From IMG/VR virus record IMGVR_UViG_3300042010_000106, positions 1 to 64,000 of that record: 64,000 nucleotides of DNA, one strand, 5' to 3'. Position numbers and translations under genes: made by a program. The notes below the pieces were generated by a model. That model had not been told where the DNA came from and searched no databases. It saw only the letters and a list, made by a program, of their open reading frames with translations. Shown piece by piece: positions 40,350 through 49,258 of the stretch (its first letter is position 1; each line of letters begins with the position of its first letter).

Positions 40350-40946
40350 ATGGCTGTTACTGGAAAAATCTCTGCAATTTTCGAATCGGCTGGTGCTGGT
40401 GTTTCGACAATCTCCACGGGTAAAGGTGATGCAGGCGGTGTGAGCTACGGTGCACACCAACTCGCTACAAAAACCGGAACCATGGCGAAGTTTCTTGCTT
40501 CGAAATTTGGTACTGCTTATCGCCAACGTTTCGCCGGTCTGGAACCGGGTACAACTGCATTCAATGAGGTGTACAAAAAAATCTGTAAAGAAACACCACT
40601 GGAATTCGAAGTAAACCAATTCCTGTACATCGCAGTATCCCATTACGATCCACAAGTGGCGATCCTGTTGAAAAACGGAATCGACATCACCAAACGTGCG
40701 GACGCTGTAGGCGAATGCGTGTTCAGTGTGTGCGTTCAATACGGGCCGAACACTTCATTGATTGTTCAAGCGGTTGGCGCCAATTTCAAAGGCACCGATG
40801 CGGAGTTCATCGAGAAGGTTCAGAACTACCGTCGCGATACTGTAAAGACAAGGTTCAAAAGCAGCAGCGCAAAAGTGCAACAAAGCGTGGCCGACCGTGC
40901 CGTCGCTGAAAAAGCCGCGTTGCTGAAACTACTCAACTCCAAATAA
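40350..40946 (+). CDS. putative endolysin (VgrG3-C-like lysozyme fold)
   Basis: FES...ISTGKGDAGGVSYGAHQL, homologous to tape-measure lysozyme domain; AGGAGG SD. Confidence 0.8.
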   Translation: MAVTGKISAIFESAGAGVSTISTGKGDAGGVSYGAHQLATKTGTMAKFLASKFGTAYRQRFAGLEPGTTAFNEVYKKICKETPLEFEVNQFLYIAVSHYDPQVAILLKNGIDITKRADAVGECVFSVCVQYGPNTSLIVQAVGANFKGTDAEFIEKVQNYRRDTVKTRFKSSSAKVQQSVADRAVAEKAALLKLLNSK

Positions 40947-40957
40947 ATGGAAATGAC

Positions 40958-41368
40958 ATGGAACAGGTTGCACGCAGAAATTCGTTCACGCATCGCGTAG
41001 GCCGCAAGGTTCGCGAAGTAACGTTCGATGAAATTGTTGCCTTTCAAGCAAACCACAAATACGTCGATGCTTTTCTGGTAGACGGGTCTGCGATTCTTCT
41101 GAGTCAAGATCAAGACACCATCAAAGGGTTGAAGGTAGAATTTCCAGAATTTATGCAAATCAATCGCGGGATTTTGGTTCGCCAATCCGCTGTGCATAGT
41201 CTGGAACGCGATGTGGCGCGCTGTCGCTATGACGTGGTGATGAAAGATTTCGTGTTTCCTGTTTCACGCCGTTTCGTTCCACTTGTTAGAAAGGCGTTGA
41301 AGAATGAGCCTAGTCCAACAGAAACAAACGAAAGCGTATGCGGTAGTGTCTGCGCGAATGCAGGTTAA
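40958..41368 (+). CDS. stand-alone LytTR DNA-binding domain protein
   Basis: EIVAFQANHKYV, FMQINRGILV....V, FPVSRRF. Confidence 0.85.
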   Translation: MEQVARRNSFTHRVGRKVREVTFDEIVAFQANHKYVDAFLVDGSAILLSQDQDTIKGLKVEFPEFMQINRGILVRQSAVHSLERDVARCRYDVVMKDFVFPVSRRFVPLVRKALKNEPSPTETNESVCGSVCANAG

Positions 41369-41510
41369 CGAAAACGGAATCATTGAAAAAGAATTGGTAA
41401 CGCACCACGTGACCTATTCCGAAACCGATGCTGACCGTGTTTGCGCAGCGTACATTCCACCGGATGCACATTACGGCCCTGCTTGGGTTGATCGTGACTA
41501 CCGGGTTTGA
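41304..41510 (+). CDS. hypothetical protein
   Basis: fills gap to terminator; overlaps LytTR end. Confidence 0.5.
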   Translation: MSLVQQKQTKAYAVVSARMQVNENGIIEKELVTHHVTYSETDADRVCAAYIPPDAHYGPAWVDRDYRV

Positions 41511-41516
41511 TTTTTC

Positions 41517-41549
41517 AGGGTCTGTTCAGGAATGTTCAGGCCCTTTTTT
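41517..41549 (+). terminator. intrinsic terminator
   Basis: AGGGTCTG...CAGGCCCT followed by T run. Confidence 0.65.
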
Positions 41550-41561
41550 ATGCGGAGAGAA

Positions 41562-41912
41562 ATGATGGAATTGTATTGGCAGTTTGCAGCAAGTGCACTC
41601 AAAGAAACGTTGGACACTTTGAACACCGATGGCATCACCATGGGCACCTATGAAATGTCGGTGCTATTCAACAAGCAACGAATGCACACGATTGAAAAGG
41701 GTATCTTTCAGGAAGCGTTGTTAGAAGTTGGTTTGACTGCGCAGTTCCACGCACCGGAACATATCGTGATTCAACGCACGTATGAGAACACCCGTTTCCC
41801 GCGAATGATGACCAACGAATTCGAAGCTGCTGTCGCCCGCGCACGCACTGACCAAGCGGCCTACGACGCCCGTAACGCCCTTGACACAGTGGACGTAGAT
41901 GCGGTATCTTGA
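41562..41912 (+). CDS. hypothetical protein
   Basis: GGAG SD. Confidence 0.7.
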   Translation: MMELYWQFAASALKETLDTLNTDGITMGTYEMSVLFNKQRMHTIEKGIFQEALLEVGLTAQFHAPEHIVIQRTYENTRFPRMMTNEFEAAVARARTDQAAYDARNALDTVDVDAVS

Positions 41913-41968
41913 CCGCTGCCGCACAGCACCCCAAAGCATGACACTCACACATCTAGGGAAGTTTAATC

Positions 41969-42316
41969 ATGTCCTTACTACTTAGCGTTGATTACGTCGA
42001 ACACGAACGTCATTTGTACTTCGTTCCAGACGTAAGCGTTATCCCTGAAAACCTGCTGCGCGCAATTCACAAAATGCACGGCGTTTACTGCAATAGCGAT
42101 GATTTCAAAAAGTCGTTCTATAAAGCGTGGGATTACATCAGCGCCGCGATGACCGTTAACCCGGATCACCTCGACAAAGAAGACCGCAACAATCAAAACC
42201 GTTTTGCGCACTTGCTGGTTCCGTTCCGAATCGACATCGCAGAATCACTGAATGCCGGAACGGTGTTCGCTGTGCCGACGCAAGAATTGATCGTCATTCA
42301 AACGGGAAGCTTTTAA
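41969..42316 (+). CDS. hypothetical protein
   Basis: AGGGAAG SD. Confidence 0.7.
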   Translation: MSLLLSVDYVEHERHLYFVPDVSVIPENLLRAIHKMHGVYCNSDDFKKSFYKAWDYISAAMTVNPDHLDKEDRNNQNRFAHLLVPFRIDIAESLNAGTVFAVPTQELIVIQTGSF

Positions 42317-42612
42317 TGCGTGCGCTGAACAGCTTTGAAATCCTCACCGAAGTGAAAAAGAAAATCCGCACAGTAGGGGATTTGAAAATGGCTTCGGTGT
42401 ATCTGCAATACCACGGCCAAACAATGGACATGGTAGACAGCATCGTTTTTGAAGACGGTGAATTCACTGTGAAAACGGAAAACCAACGTCTGCGTTATAC
42501 GCCAGAACGTTTGTACTTCCTGCTGGACTACAACAACACGATTGCGGAACGCAATTTTGAGTTTCACCAATTGCGCCACAAGATCATGGAATCGCAACAT
42601 CAACTTCGTTAA
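42316..42612 (+). CDS. hypothetical protein
   Basis: coupled. Confidence 0.7.
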   Translation: MRALNSFEILTEVKKKIRTVGDLKMASVYLQYHGQTMDMVDSIVFEDGEFTVKTENQRLRYTPERLYFLLDYNNTIAERNFEFHQLRHKIMESQHQLR

Positions 42613-42623
42613 CTGAGGTAGAA

Positions 42624-42833
42624 ATGTTTTCAGAATTGTTCAAGGCGTTTGCACCGCAAGCCGCTTCACTTCTTGTAGACGGAATCAGCGCGCACGTACT
42701 GCGTAAAATGCCAGACGGTACTGTACAAGATATCGAAATCGCAAACGACCGTGATTCAGATTTCGTTCGCCAGATGCGCGACGAATACGAGGCACACCCC
42801 GACGATGTTGGCGGGCCTTACGTACAGCAATAA
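42624..42833 (+). CDS. hypothetical protein
   Basis: GAGG SD. Confidence 0.65.
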   Translation: MFSELFKAFAPQAASLLVDGISAHVLRKMPDGTVQDIEIANDRDSDFVRQMRDEYEAHPDDVGGPYVQQ

Positions 42834-42848
42834 AAACTGTAAAGGGGA

Positions 42849-43136
42849 ATGACGATGGCTGAAACAGGATCGCAATTCACACTGAGACTAAAACAGCAGC
42901 TATACGAACTGTTGTGGTCGCAGGTTCCCACGAAAGCCCGTGGCGATGTTTTCGAAATGCGGGCTTATCTGAATTGCTCTGAAGAACAGGCGTTAGCGAT
43001 GTACGCCGAATACTTCGACCTTCTTACCATTGATTGGATGCTTGATCGTTTAGTGCAGCTAGGCGCTACAGCAACAATTGGTTCCGGTGTTGACGTAATC
43101 CTTGAGCTGAAATTGTTCCCCGCTCCAAAACTGTAA
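42849..43136 (+). CDS. hypothetical protein
   Basis: AGGGG SD (start may be ATG 42855). Confidence 0.65.
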   Translation: MTMAETGSQFTLRLKQQLYELLWSQVPTKARGDVFEMRAYLNCSEEQALAMYAEYFDLLTIDWMLDRLVQLGATATIGSGVDVILELKLFPAPKL

Positions 43137-43227
43137 AGAGTAGTTGCAACAAACACTAGGCGTTGGCTACTGCTGACCAGCATGACGCCCGGTGCATTCT
43201 TATATGGTTGGCAAAGGAAGTAAAACG

Positions 43228-43725
43228 ATGGCTAAGTATGATCCCGCAGACATTGCAGCAGTTGAAGCCCAAGTCATTGCAATGGCAGACGCCGCAAAGA
43301 TTTCTGGTAAGACAACGGTTTTCTTCGACACGCGTGTGATGTTCAACGCAATGAAGTTTTCCAAAATGACCCGCGCACAATTCACCGCACAGGTTGCCGA
43401 GCAATTGACCGGCAGCGCCTTTCACAAGAAATACGGTGATTGGGTAGCGTGTGAATACGAATGTGAAATGTGGGTTATGGTGCGTTTGGCTGCACCCGGT
43501 GATTTGCAGGCTGTCAATGACAGCACCCGCAACATGTTCTACAACACGACCACACGCAGCGCGAAACGCAAGCAAACGAAAACCATCACCATTGATGCAC
43601 CCGCAGACATGAGTGCGGACGATATCAACGCTGCGTTGCGCGCTTTCCAAGACCGTAAGAACAACACCGGTAGCATTGCGGATTTGCATAACGAAGATTT
43701 GCGCCGCGAACACCACGCCAACTAA
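43228..43725 (+). CDS. hypothetical protein
   Basis: AAGGA SD. Confidence 0.7.
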   Translation: MAKYDPADIAAVEAQVIAMADAAKISGKTTVFFDTRVMFNAMKFSKMTRAQFTAQVAEQLTGSAFHKKYGDWVACEYECEMWVMVRLAAPGDLQAVNDSTRNMFYNTTTRSAKRKQTKTITIDAPADMSADDINAALRAFQDRKNNTGSIADLHNEDLRREHHAN

Positions 43726-43740
43726 AAGCACCCGCTAAAC

Positions 43741-43767
43741 GAATCCTCGGCCTTGTGTCGGGGATTC
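43741..43767 (+). repeat. variant intergenic hairpin (CTTGT loop family)
   Basis: GAATCCTCGGC-CTTGT-GTCGGGGATTC. Confidence 0.55.
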
Positions 43768-43787
43768 TTGCATTTAAGGCCCGCAAA

Positions 43788-44015
43788 ATGAACCGCTATC
43801 AAGTCCGCATAACTAACGCCCACTTTGCCAGTGCCACGCTCACAGTCGAAGCAGAGACGAAAGCAGAAGCAGAAACAATTGCTCTGTATGCCCGTCACGG
43901 TTTCCGTGTGCACTGGTCAAAGAAAGTCCCGGCGAAAAAGAAACCCACGCGGCACCACTATGGCCTGTCTGCAAAAACAACTGGCGTTGGTACTTCCACA
44001 GCGAAAGCATACTGA
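43788..44015 (+). CDS. small basic protein
   Basis: AAGG SD. Confidence 0.65.
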   Translation: MNRYQVRITNAHFASATLTVEAETKAEAETIALYARHGFRVHWSKKVPAKKKPTRHHYGLSAKTTGVGTSTAKAY

Positions 44016-44030
44016 CAAGGAATCATCGTA

Positions 44031-44405
44031 ATGCAAGTAATCGACATCACGTGCAACACGAATGGCAACAAACCTGTTTTCTGTTCCATTGTTGACGGTG
44101 TACGTTTGGAGAGTGACAGCCTTTCCAAAATGGAATGTCTGATCACCAATGTTTACCCTCAGTCGAAATACAACTACGAATTCAGCCGGGACATGAAATG
44201 GTTTCGTGTCCTGATCAAACAGCAAGGTGAATTGTATTTCTACGGCGGCATGGAAATTCTCGACGACGATTATGTGCAGCAGTTGTCCCGCGCTTTCTAT
44301 TCCAGCATGTTTGCAAACACGATTCGCATATACGACATTCACGGCGACGTGATTGGCGAGCTGACCCGCGCCGATTATAAAGCTGGCAAGTTCCCCGCGC
44401 TGTAA
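44031..44405 (+). CDS. hypothetical protein
   Basis: AAGGA SD. Confidence 0.7.
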   Translation: MQVIDITCNTNGNKPVFCSIVDGVRLESDSLSKMECLITNVYPQSKYNYEFSRDMKWFRVLIKQQGELYFYGGMEILDDDYVQQLSRAFYSSMFANTIRIYDIHGDVIGELTRADYKAGKFPAL

Positions 44406-44407
44406 AC

Positions 44408-44445
44408 GAAAGGCCCCACGCCATTAAACGGTTTGGGGCCTTTCT
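44408..44445 (+). terminator. intrinsic terminator
   Basis: GAAAGGCCCCA...TGGGGCCTTTC. Confidence 0.7.
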
Positions 44446-44496
44446 GCGTTCTAGGCCCTTTAAACCAATAGCCTCGGCCCGCGTAAACAAAACCCG

Positions 44497-44589
44497 TTGA
44501 CGCCTTATTGCGTTTCAGGCATAGTGGCTACCAGATCGGCAATTATGCCTGTTACCAAACTAACTCACGGTTCAAAGGAAGTTTCCCAA
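44497..44589 (+). promoter_or_regulatory. sigma70-type promoter + conserved leader, copy 1
   Basis: TTGACG-17-CATAGT-5-CCAGATCGGCAATTATGCC...AACTCACGGTTCAAAGGAAGTT. Confidence 0.85.
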
Positions 44590-44739
44590 ATGCGCGCATT
44601 CAATGCCCCAGCAACCCGTCGCACCGCAACTACAGCAGTAAAGAAATCTTGGCAGTGGAACAGCGACGAATTGCTGGCCGCTGAAAAACGCGCCAAGGAA
44701 GTTCAAGCGGCACAACGCCGTTTTCGTAAAGCAGCGTAA
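44590..44739 (+). CDS. 49-aa basic early protein
   Basis: AAGGA SD within leader. Confidence 0.65.
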   Translation: MRAFNAPATRRTATTAVKKSWQWNSDELLAAEKRAKEVQAAQRRFRKAA

Positions 44740-44751
44740 GGGTAATTTGAA

Positions 44752-44979
44752 ATGGCCCTTCACGCTTACACGATTATCGAACGCAAGAAGAACAGCAAAG
44801 GTGTTACCTATTCGTTGCAGCGTGACAGCGGCGAACTGGCAAACAAAGATTGTCCTTATGGTGTTTGGAAACTCTGCATCAACTATGTACGCGGCAAAAA
44901 CGTTGCGACATGGCGCTACATTGAAACCGGCCTCGATTTAGAAGCCGCACAAAAACTTTTCGCACGTCGAAGCAAATAA
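44752..44979 (+). CDS. hypothetical protein
   Basis: AAGGG SD. Confidence 0.7.
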   Translation: MALHAYTIIERKKNSKGVTYSLQRDSGELANKDCPYGVWKLCINYVRGKNVATWRYIETGLDLEAAQKLFARRSK

Positions 44980-44989
44980 GGAATACAAA

Positions 44990-45391
44990 GTGGATATCGT
45001 AATCGCAACTGGCAGCACCAAGAAAGTCAACGTTTGGAAACCGACCGCCGAAGAATGCACGCAGATTCGCGCCTTCGCCAAACGTGAAGTAAGCGGCATG
45101 AAACGGTTGGAAGGTGGTTCCCGCCACAACATGCACGACAGCAGCGTACCGACTTCGCTGAACATCGCGCTCGTTGCCAAGAAAGAAAATTGGGAGGATA
45201 CAGACCTTTCCGATTTCGTGCCGTGGGCAATCTTTCGTAAAGGCGTGGAATTGACCGAAGACGGTCGCGCCATCATCGACTTCTACGTGTACAACGCGTG
45301 GGGTTTGGAAACCAACATTTCCGTCTACTATAAAGGCGGCAAAATCGTTAAGCTGGCCCGCACTGGCCGTGGTCGTGAACTGACGTTTTAA
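44990..45391 (+). CDS. hypothetical protein
   Basis: AAGGA SD, GTG start. Confidence 0.7.
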   Translation: MDIVIATGSTKKVNVWKPTAEECTQIRAFAKREVSGMKRLEGGSRHNMHDSSVPTSLNIALVAKKENWEDTDLSDFVPWAIFRKGVELTEDGRAIIDFYVYNAWGLETNISVYYKGGKIVKLARTGRGRELTF

Positions 45392-45401
45392 CAGCACCAA
45401 A

Positions 45402-45436
45402 ACAAACCCCGCCTTGTGTGGGGTTTGTCAGTAGTG
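45402..45436 (+). repeat. intergenic hairpin+tail repeat A
   Basis: ACAAACCCCGC-CTTGT-GTGGGGTTTGTCAGTAGTG. Confidence 0.85.
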
Positions 45437-45464
45437 AAACTAAATAACCCTAAGAGGATTAATC

Positions 45465-45758
45465 ATGAAAGGCGCAATGGAAAAATGGTTGGACGAAATG
45501 TTCGGCCATTCAATCACGCAAGAAGAACGCGCATCCTACGAACATTGGTTGACTGCAACCGAGTCGATGTTAGGGCGTGACGTGGTGCGCGGTGGTGAGC
45601 TGGAAATGATTTTCCTAAAAGACTACATAGCCGGGAAAAATCCCGTGCAAGCTTCCGACGACTACAAAGCCGTTGAAGAGGAAAACAGAAAGCCACGCGC
45701 TTTGAAAATCATCAACCGCCACGGGGTTGAGTCTGACGTGATGTGGCCTTTCGACTGA
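45465..45758 (+). CDS. hypothetical protein
   Basis: GAGGA SD. Confidence 0.7.
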   Translation: MKGAMEKWLDEMFGHSITQEERASYEHWLTATESMLGRDVVRGGELEMIFLKDYIAGKNPVQASDDYKAVEEENRKPRALKIINRHGVESDVMWPFD

Positions 45759-45767
45759 CACACAAAC

Positions 45768-45799
45768 AACCCCGCCAAGTGCGGGGTTTGTCGGTAGTG
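45768..45799 (+). repeat. intergenic hairpin+tail repeat B
   Basis: AACCCCGC-CAAGT-GCGGGGTTTGTCGGTAGTG. Confidence 0.9.
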
Positions 45800-45830
45800 G
45801 AATAAACCACGCTCAATTAGGAAACGCACC

Positions 45831-46199
45831 ATGCAGAATCCAATGCTTTCGCAACTGCCACAAATCCACGCGATGTTTGCACCTAACCCGCATATCGCGC
45901 CATCGCAATTCGACATCGTGTTCGAATTGAAAACCCGGTAGGAAGCGGATCACGTGGCAATTGATATTTGCCAATTCGTTTTCACCCGCGCCACAATCGT
46001 GATTCCGCACGAAGGCAACGGCTGCATGTTCGTTACCGCAGGCAAGGATGATGTAGGCCCATGCGACCTTGCATCGCTGCGCAACATTCTTTGGCACGAC
46101 GACTATATAAAGTCGAAGCCAGAAAACATGGCGCTGCTTTTCACGCGGGCTAAGAAGCCGCAAAACAAATACCCGCGCCAACGCAGTGTGCGCCGCTGA
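45831..46199 (+). pseudogene. ORF interrupted by one in-frame TAG at 45939 (or two tandem in-frame ORFs 45831-45941 and 45954-46199)
   Basis: AGGA SD at 45831; same frame continues after TAG. Confidence 0.45.
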
Positions 46200-46213
46200 A
46201 CAGGAACCAAATC

Positions 46214-46609
46214 ATGGACAAGGAAATTGTAGACCTCGCAAAAAATCCCGAACACGTTAACGAATTGCACGATGGTGCGATTGTTTGCATAGGCGATGTG
46301 CATTTGCGTTTCTCTTTCGATTCGCTGAAGCCAGACGCCGCAACCAATCCCAAGGCGTTCGTTTTCATGACCACGTTGGATTCCGACATGGACGGGTATG
46401 AAAAAGATTGTGACCGGATTCGCGCCGAACACAAAGCGCAGTACCCGGACGTAGAAACCGAGCCGTACAGTGTTGAAACGATTTTGGGCTACGGTTGCAA
46501 TTACGGCGAGTTCATCAAGAATTTCCGCGCATCTGAAAATGGTGCAGCAATGATGACCCGTGAAGAAATGATCACAACGCTGAAGTCTGGCGTTTTCGTA
46601 ATCTGCTAA
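46214..46609 (+). CDS. hypothetical protein
   Basis: AGGA SD. Confidence 0.7.
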   Translation: MDKEIVDLAKNPEHVNELHDGAIVCIGDVHLRFSFDSLKPDAATNPKAFVFMTTLDSDMDGYEKDCDRIRAEHKAQYPDVETEPYSVETILGYGCNYGEFIKNFRASENGAAMMTREEMITTLKSGVFVIC

Positions 46610-46621
46610 AGGAGTAGGACA

Positions 46622-46906
46622 ATGAAAGTTAAAACCCCAGCTTTGAAAATGGGCAAATACGAATTGCGTGTTGACCCGACCACCGTTGACCCAACCCTGA
46701 CGCATTTTATCTTTGTGTGCGATTGCGGCTATTGGGGCAAGGGCGCCACGCTGTCAGAAGCGATTGCAGCCTCTGATAAAGAGCGCGGCTACACCACGCG
46801 TTCCAGCAATGTGCAAATCTGGATGTGTACGCCAGAATCGCGCATCAACGAAGAAGGCTCGCTCGTTTGCAAGATGGGCCAAAAACCAGCAGTAAGGATT
46901 AACTAA
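46622..46906 (+). CDS. hypothetical protein
   Basis: AAGGAG SD. Confidence 0.7.
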   Translation: MKVKTPALKMGKYELRVDPTTVDPTLTHFIFVCDCGYWGKGATLSEAIAASDKERGYTTRSSNVQIWMCTPESRINEEGSLVCKMGQKPAVRIN

Positions 46907-46923
46907 CGTCGAGGAATAAAACG

Positions 46924-47085
46924 ATGGCCGTTTATTTGATCGCTTGGATTATGTCGGTGGTGGCTTCGTGTGCAGCGAGTATCGGCATAGCAACAGGACA
47001 CCAAACAATCGGCGCCATCGTTTCGGCGTCCGCTGCTTTAATCGCACTCGGTTGCGGAATCTATGTTTTGAGGAAGGGAGAATAA
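46924..47085 (+). CDS. 53-aa two-TM membrane protein
   Basis: GAGGA SD; MAVYLIAWIMSVVASC...ALIALGCGIYVLRKGE; below track cutoff. Confidence 0.65.
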   Translation: MAVYLIAWIMSVVASCAASIGIATGHQTIGAIVSASAALIALGCGIYVLRKGE

Positions 47086-47087
47086 AA

Positions 47088-47240
47088 ATGCAGGAACCAT
47101 TGTGGTTGATCACGTACACCAGCGGCAACACGCAGGAAGAACACGGTAAGGACGAAGCCGACGTGCGAGAATTCATCGCCCGCAGCTACGCCCACGAAGG
47201 CGCTGTCAAATCCGTGGAACTTCACCCCGACTATCAGTGA
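47088..47240 (+). CDS. 50-aa hypothetical protein
   Basis: GGGAG SD. Confidence 0.65.
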   Translation: MQEPLWLITYTSGNTQEEHGKDEADVREFIARSYAHEGAVKSVELHPDYQ

Positions 47241-47248
47241 ATCAAAAT

Positions 47249-47278
47249 AACCCCGCCCTGTGCGGGGTTTGTCGGTAC
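47249..47278 (+). repeat. intergenic hairpin+tail repeat C
   Basis: AACCCCGC-CCTGT-GCGGGGTTTGTCGGTAC. Confidence 0.9.
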
Positions 47279-47311
47279 TAGCGCAATTTCGCGTACATAG
47301 GAGGCAACTTC

Positions 47312-47614
47312 GTGAACGACGCCAAACCACAAATCATTCACGGCAATTCAATTCCCGAAATACAATTCGAAAGCGGCACATTCATCAAACCCGGCTTTCG
47401 TGTACGTGTGAATTCTCGCCACGGCACGACAGGCACCGGTACAGTCAAAGATATTCGCGTGTGGCAGAATTGCCCGCCCACGATTGTTCTGGAAATGGAC
47501 GCTGACACAAATTGGTCGCAGCGTTCGCAAGCGGGTTGGCCGTTAGACGATGTACGCTTTCCAACCCTCGGCGTTTTCGGTGGCGAGATTGCCGACGTTC
47601 TGACTTTGAATTGA
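47312..47614 (+). CDS. hypothetical protein (SH3/KOW-like beta pattern)
   Basis: AGGAGG SD, GTG start. Confidence 0.7.
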   Translation: MNDAKPQIIHGNSIPEIQFESGTFIKPGFRVRVNSRHGTTGTGTVKDIRVWQNCPPTIVLEMDADTNWSQRSQAGWPLDDVRFPTLGVFGGEIADVLTLN

Positions 47615-47625
47615 GGAATGCAGTA

Positions 47626-47904
47626 ATGCGAAACAGATATCCAACCAATGCACAAAACGCAGTGTTCGCTGATCACGTCGGACAAAGCCTTTTGAAAGAA
47701 GGGCGAGACTGCGCAACATTCACCTACCTAGAGTTTTACGCACTGGTGCAGAAGTTTTGCCATTGCGAGAAATATGACGAATCAATGATGCGCCGTCATT
47801 TCCGTGAAAGCGTTCTCGGCGGTTCCGTGGAATTTGTAATCAGCTTCGGCACGAACATTGTGTTTGTCGCCAAGGATTCCAACTTCGCCCCGGTTGAAAT
47901 ATGA
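47626..47904 (+). CDS. hypothetical protein
   Basis: GAGGA SD. Confidence 0.7.
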   Translation: MRNRYPTNAQNAVFADHVGQSLLKEGRDCATFTYLEFYALVQKFCHCEKYDESMMRRHFRESVLGGSVEFVISFGTNIVFVAKDSNFAPVEI

Positions 47905-47913
47905 AAGCCACTT

Positions 47914-47944
47914 ACCCCGCCCTGTGCGGGGTTTGTCGGTAGTG
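47914..47944 (+). repeat. intergenic hairpin+tail repeat D
   Basis: ACCCCGC-CCTGT-GCGGGGTTTGTCGGTAGTG. Confidence 0.9.
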
Positions 47945-47975
47945 AACCAAGTTAATGACCGCAGGCGGAAATATC

Positions 47976-48695
47976 ATGGCTAAGAAGAAATTGGTTATAG
48001 GTGATTTCTACGATGGCAGTTCTGTCACCCTGAAGAAATACATCGACCTCGATTCAGAAATCGACAAAAGCAAAAACGTTGTCAACCTGAAGTTGGCGAA
48101 CAAGCCATGGGGCCGCATCGCGTTTATCACCAAGGGAAAGAAACCCGGTGTGTATGCGTACGTTTTGAAAGACGGCAAAGAAAAAGAATTGGCCCGTCGC
48201 TTTTTTAGTGCTGACGATCCATTGGGCTTGGAAGACGATTTCGACGAAGCGCAAATGGACATCGGCGAAATCATTGTTCACCTGTACACGCGTGGACGTT
48301 TGGAAGCCTACAAATTAATTCACTACTGCATCGGTGCAGACGCACGCGAATTCGGTGTGGTGCGTTGGGCTACCGGTTCAGGCGGCACAATTAGCAGCCC
48401 GCCTTTTCTCGACGACAAACGCTACCAATTAATTTTGGGCCGTCGTGGTGTGCCGGATTATTCTTTCGGCTTCGATACGTTGGACGAATTGAAAGCGTTC
48501 GTGTTCGATTGCCCTGACCATCTGGCATACGGCTACGTGACGATTTACAAAGTGGTCGATGGCGTTGCAGATATGCTTTGCAAACCGTCTGCAAAGAAAC
48601 ACGGGCAAGGTGACGATTTCACTTTGCTTGCCGAGTACACAAAGTTTGTCCGTATGGTCAGCGACGGCACGCGCATAGAATTGCCGCGCTACTAA
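47976..48695 (+). CDS. hypothetical protein
   Basis: long ORF, GGCGGA SD-like. Confidence 0.75.
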   Translation: MAKKKLVIGDFYDGSSVTLKKYIDLDSEIDKSKNVVNLKLANKPWGRIAFITKGKKPGVYAYVLKDGKEKELARRFFSADDPLGLEDDFDEAQMDIGEIIVHLYTRGRLEAYKLIHYCIGADAREFGVVRWATGSGGTISSPPFLDDKRYQLILGRRGVPDYSFGFDTLDELKAFVFDCPDHLAYGYVTIYKVVDGVADMLCKPSAKKHGQGDDFTLLAEYTKFVRMVSDGTRIELPRY

Positions 48696-48712
48696 TTTCG
48701 TCCGGTAGCTAT

Positions 48713-48868
48713 ATGAATCAACGATCCCCACTGTTCTACGTTTTCCGTCTAATCTTTCTGATCTTGGGTTTTTTCATCGTGCGGGCAATCTGGCGCCGCT
48801 ACACACAACCCAAGACAGAAACCAAACCATTACCAAAACAGGAACGCCCAAAATGGCCCAACACATGA
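48713..48868 (+). CDS. 51-aa single-TM protein
   Basis: MNQRSPLFYVFRLIFLILGFFIVRAIWRR...; fills gap. Confidence 0.5.
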   Translation: MNQRSPLFYVFRLIFLILGFFIVRAIWRRYTQPKTETKPLPKQERPKWPNT

Positions 48869-49215
48869 TTTTGACTTTGAGCAAATTGGTTATCGACGTT
48901 TTGCAGCACCGTTTGGAAGTGCTACAAGATCCCGGCCACGTTGCCGAGCTTTTCGAAGAACACGAAGAGCTTGATCAAGATTTGTTGGTGGAAGCTGCCG
49001 AGACGATGCTCGATGCTTTCAAACAAGGTTCTACAACGATCACGATTACCACTGACGAAGATTTGGAAATCCTGATCGACTGCATCGACGGTTGCACGTA
49101 TTTCGGCACGCCGACGAATTCAGCGAAAGAGCGCCAGCGCAAAAAGGCGTTTATCGAATTCGCCGAAAAGCTGAGCGAAGCAACCGGGCAACAAATCATC
49201 GCTGCCGTTCATTAA
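48853..49215 (+). CDS. hypothetical acidic protein
   Basis: AGGA SD. Confidence 0.7.
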   Translation: MAQHMILTLSKLVIDVLQHRLEVLQDPGHVAELFEEHEELDQDLLVEAAETMLDAFKQGSTTITITTDEDLEILIDCIDGCTYFGTPTNSAKERQRKKAFIEFAEKLSEATGQQIIAAVH

Positions 49216-49258
49216 TTCCAAACCTCCTTTCCAACCTTCGCTAAAAGAGATTTTCATC

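Noticed and set aside
43150-43215. tRNA-like element
   Set aside because: No T-loop GTTC motif, no cloverleaf, no CCA end; no tRNA recognised anywhere in the window
45402-47944. Palindromic ~30-nt repeats as a CRISPR array or integron attC sites
   Set aside because: Spacing is hundreds of bp with whole genes between; no cas or integrase gene; no RYYYAAC/GTTRRRY ends
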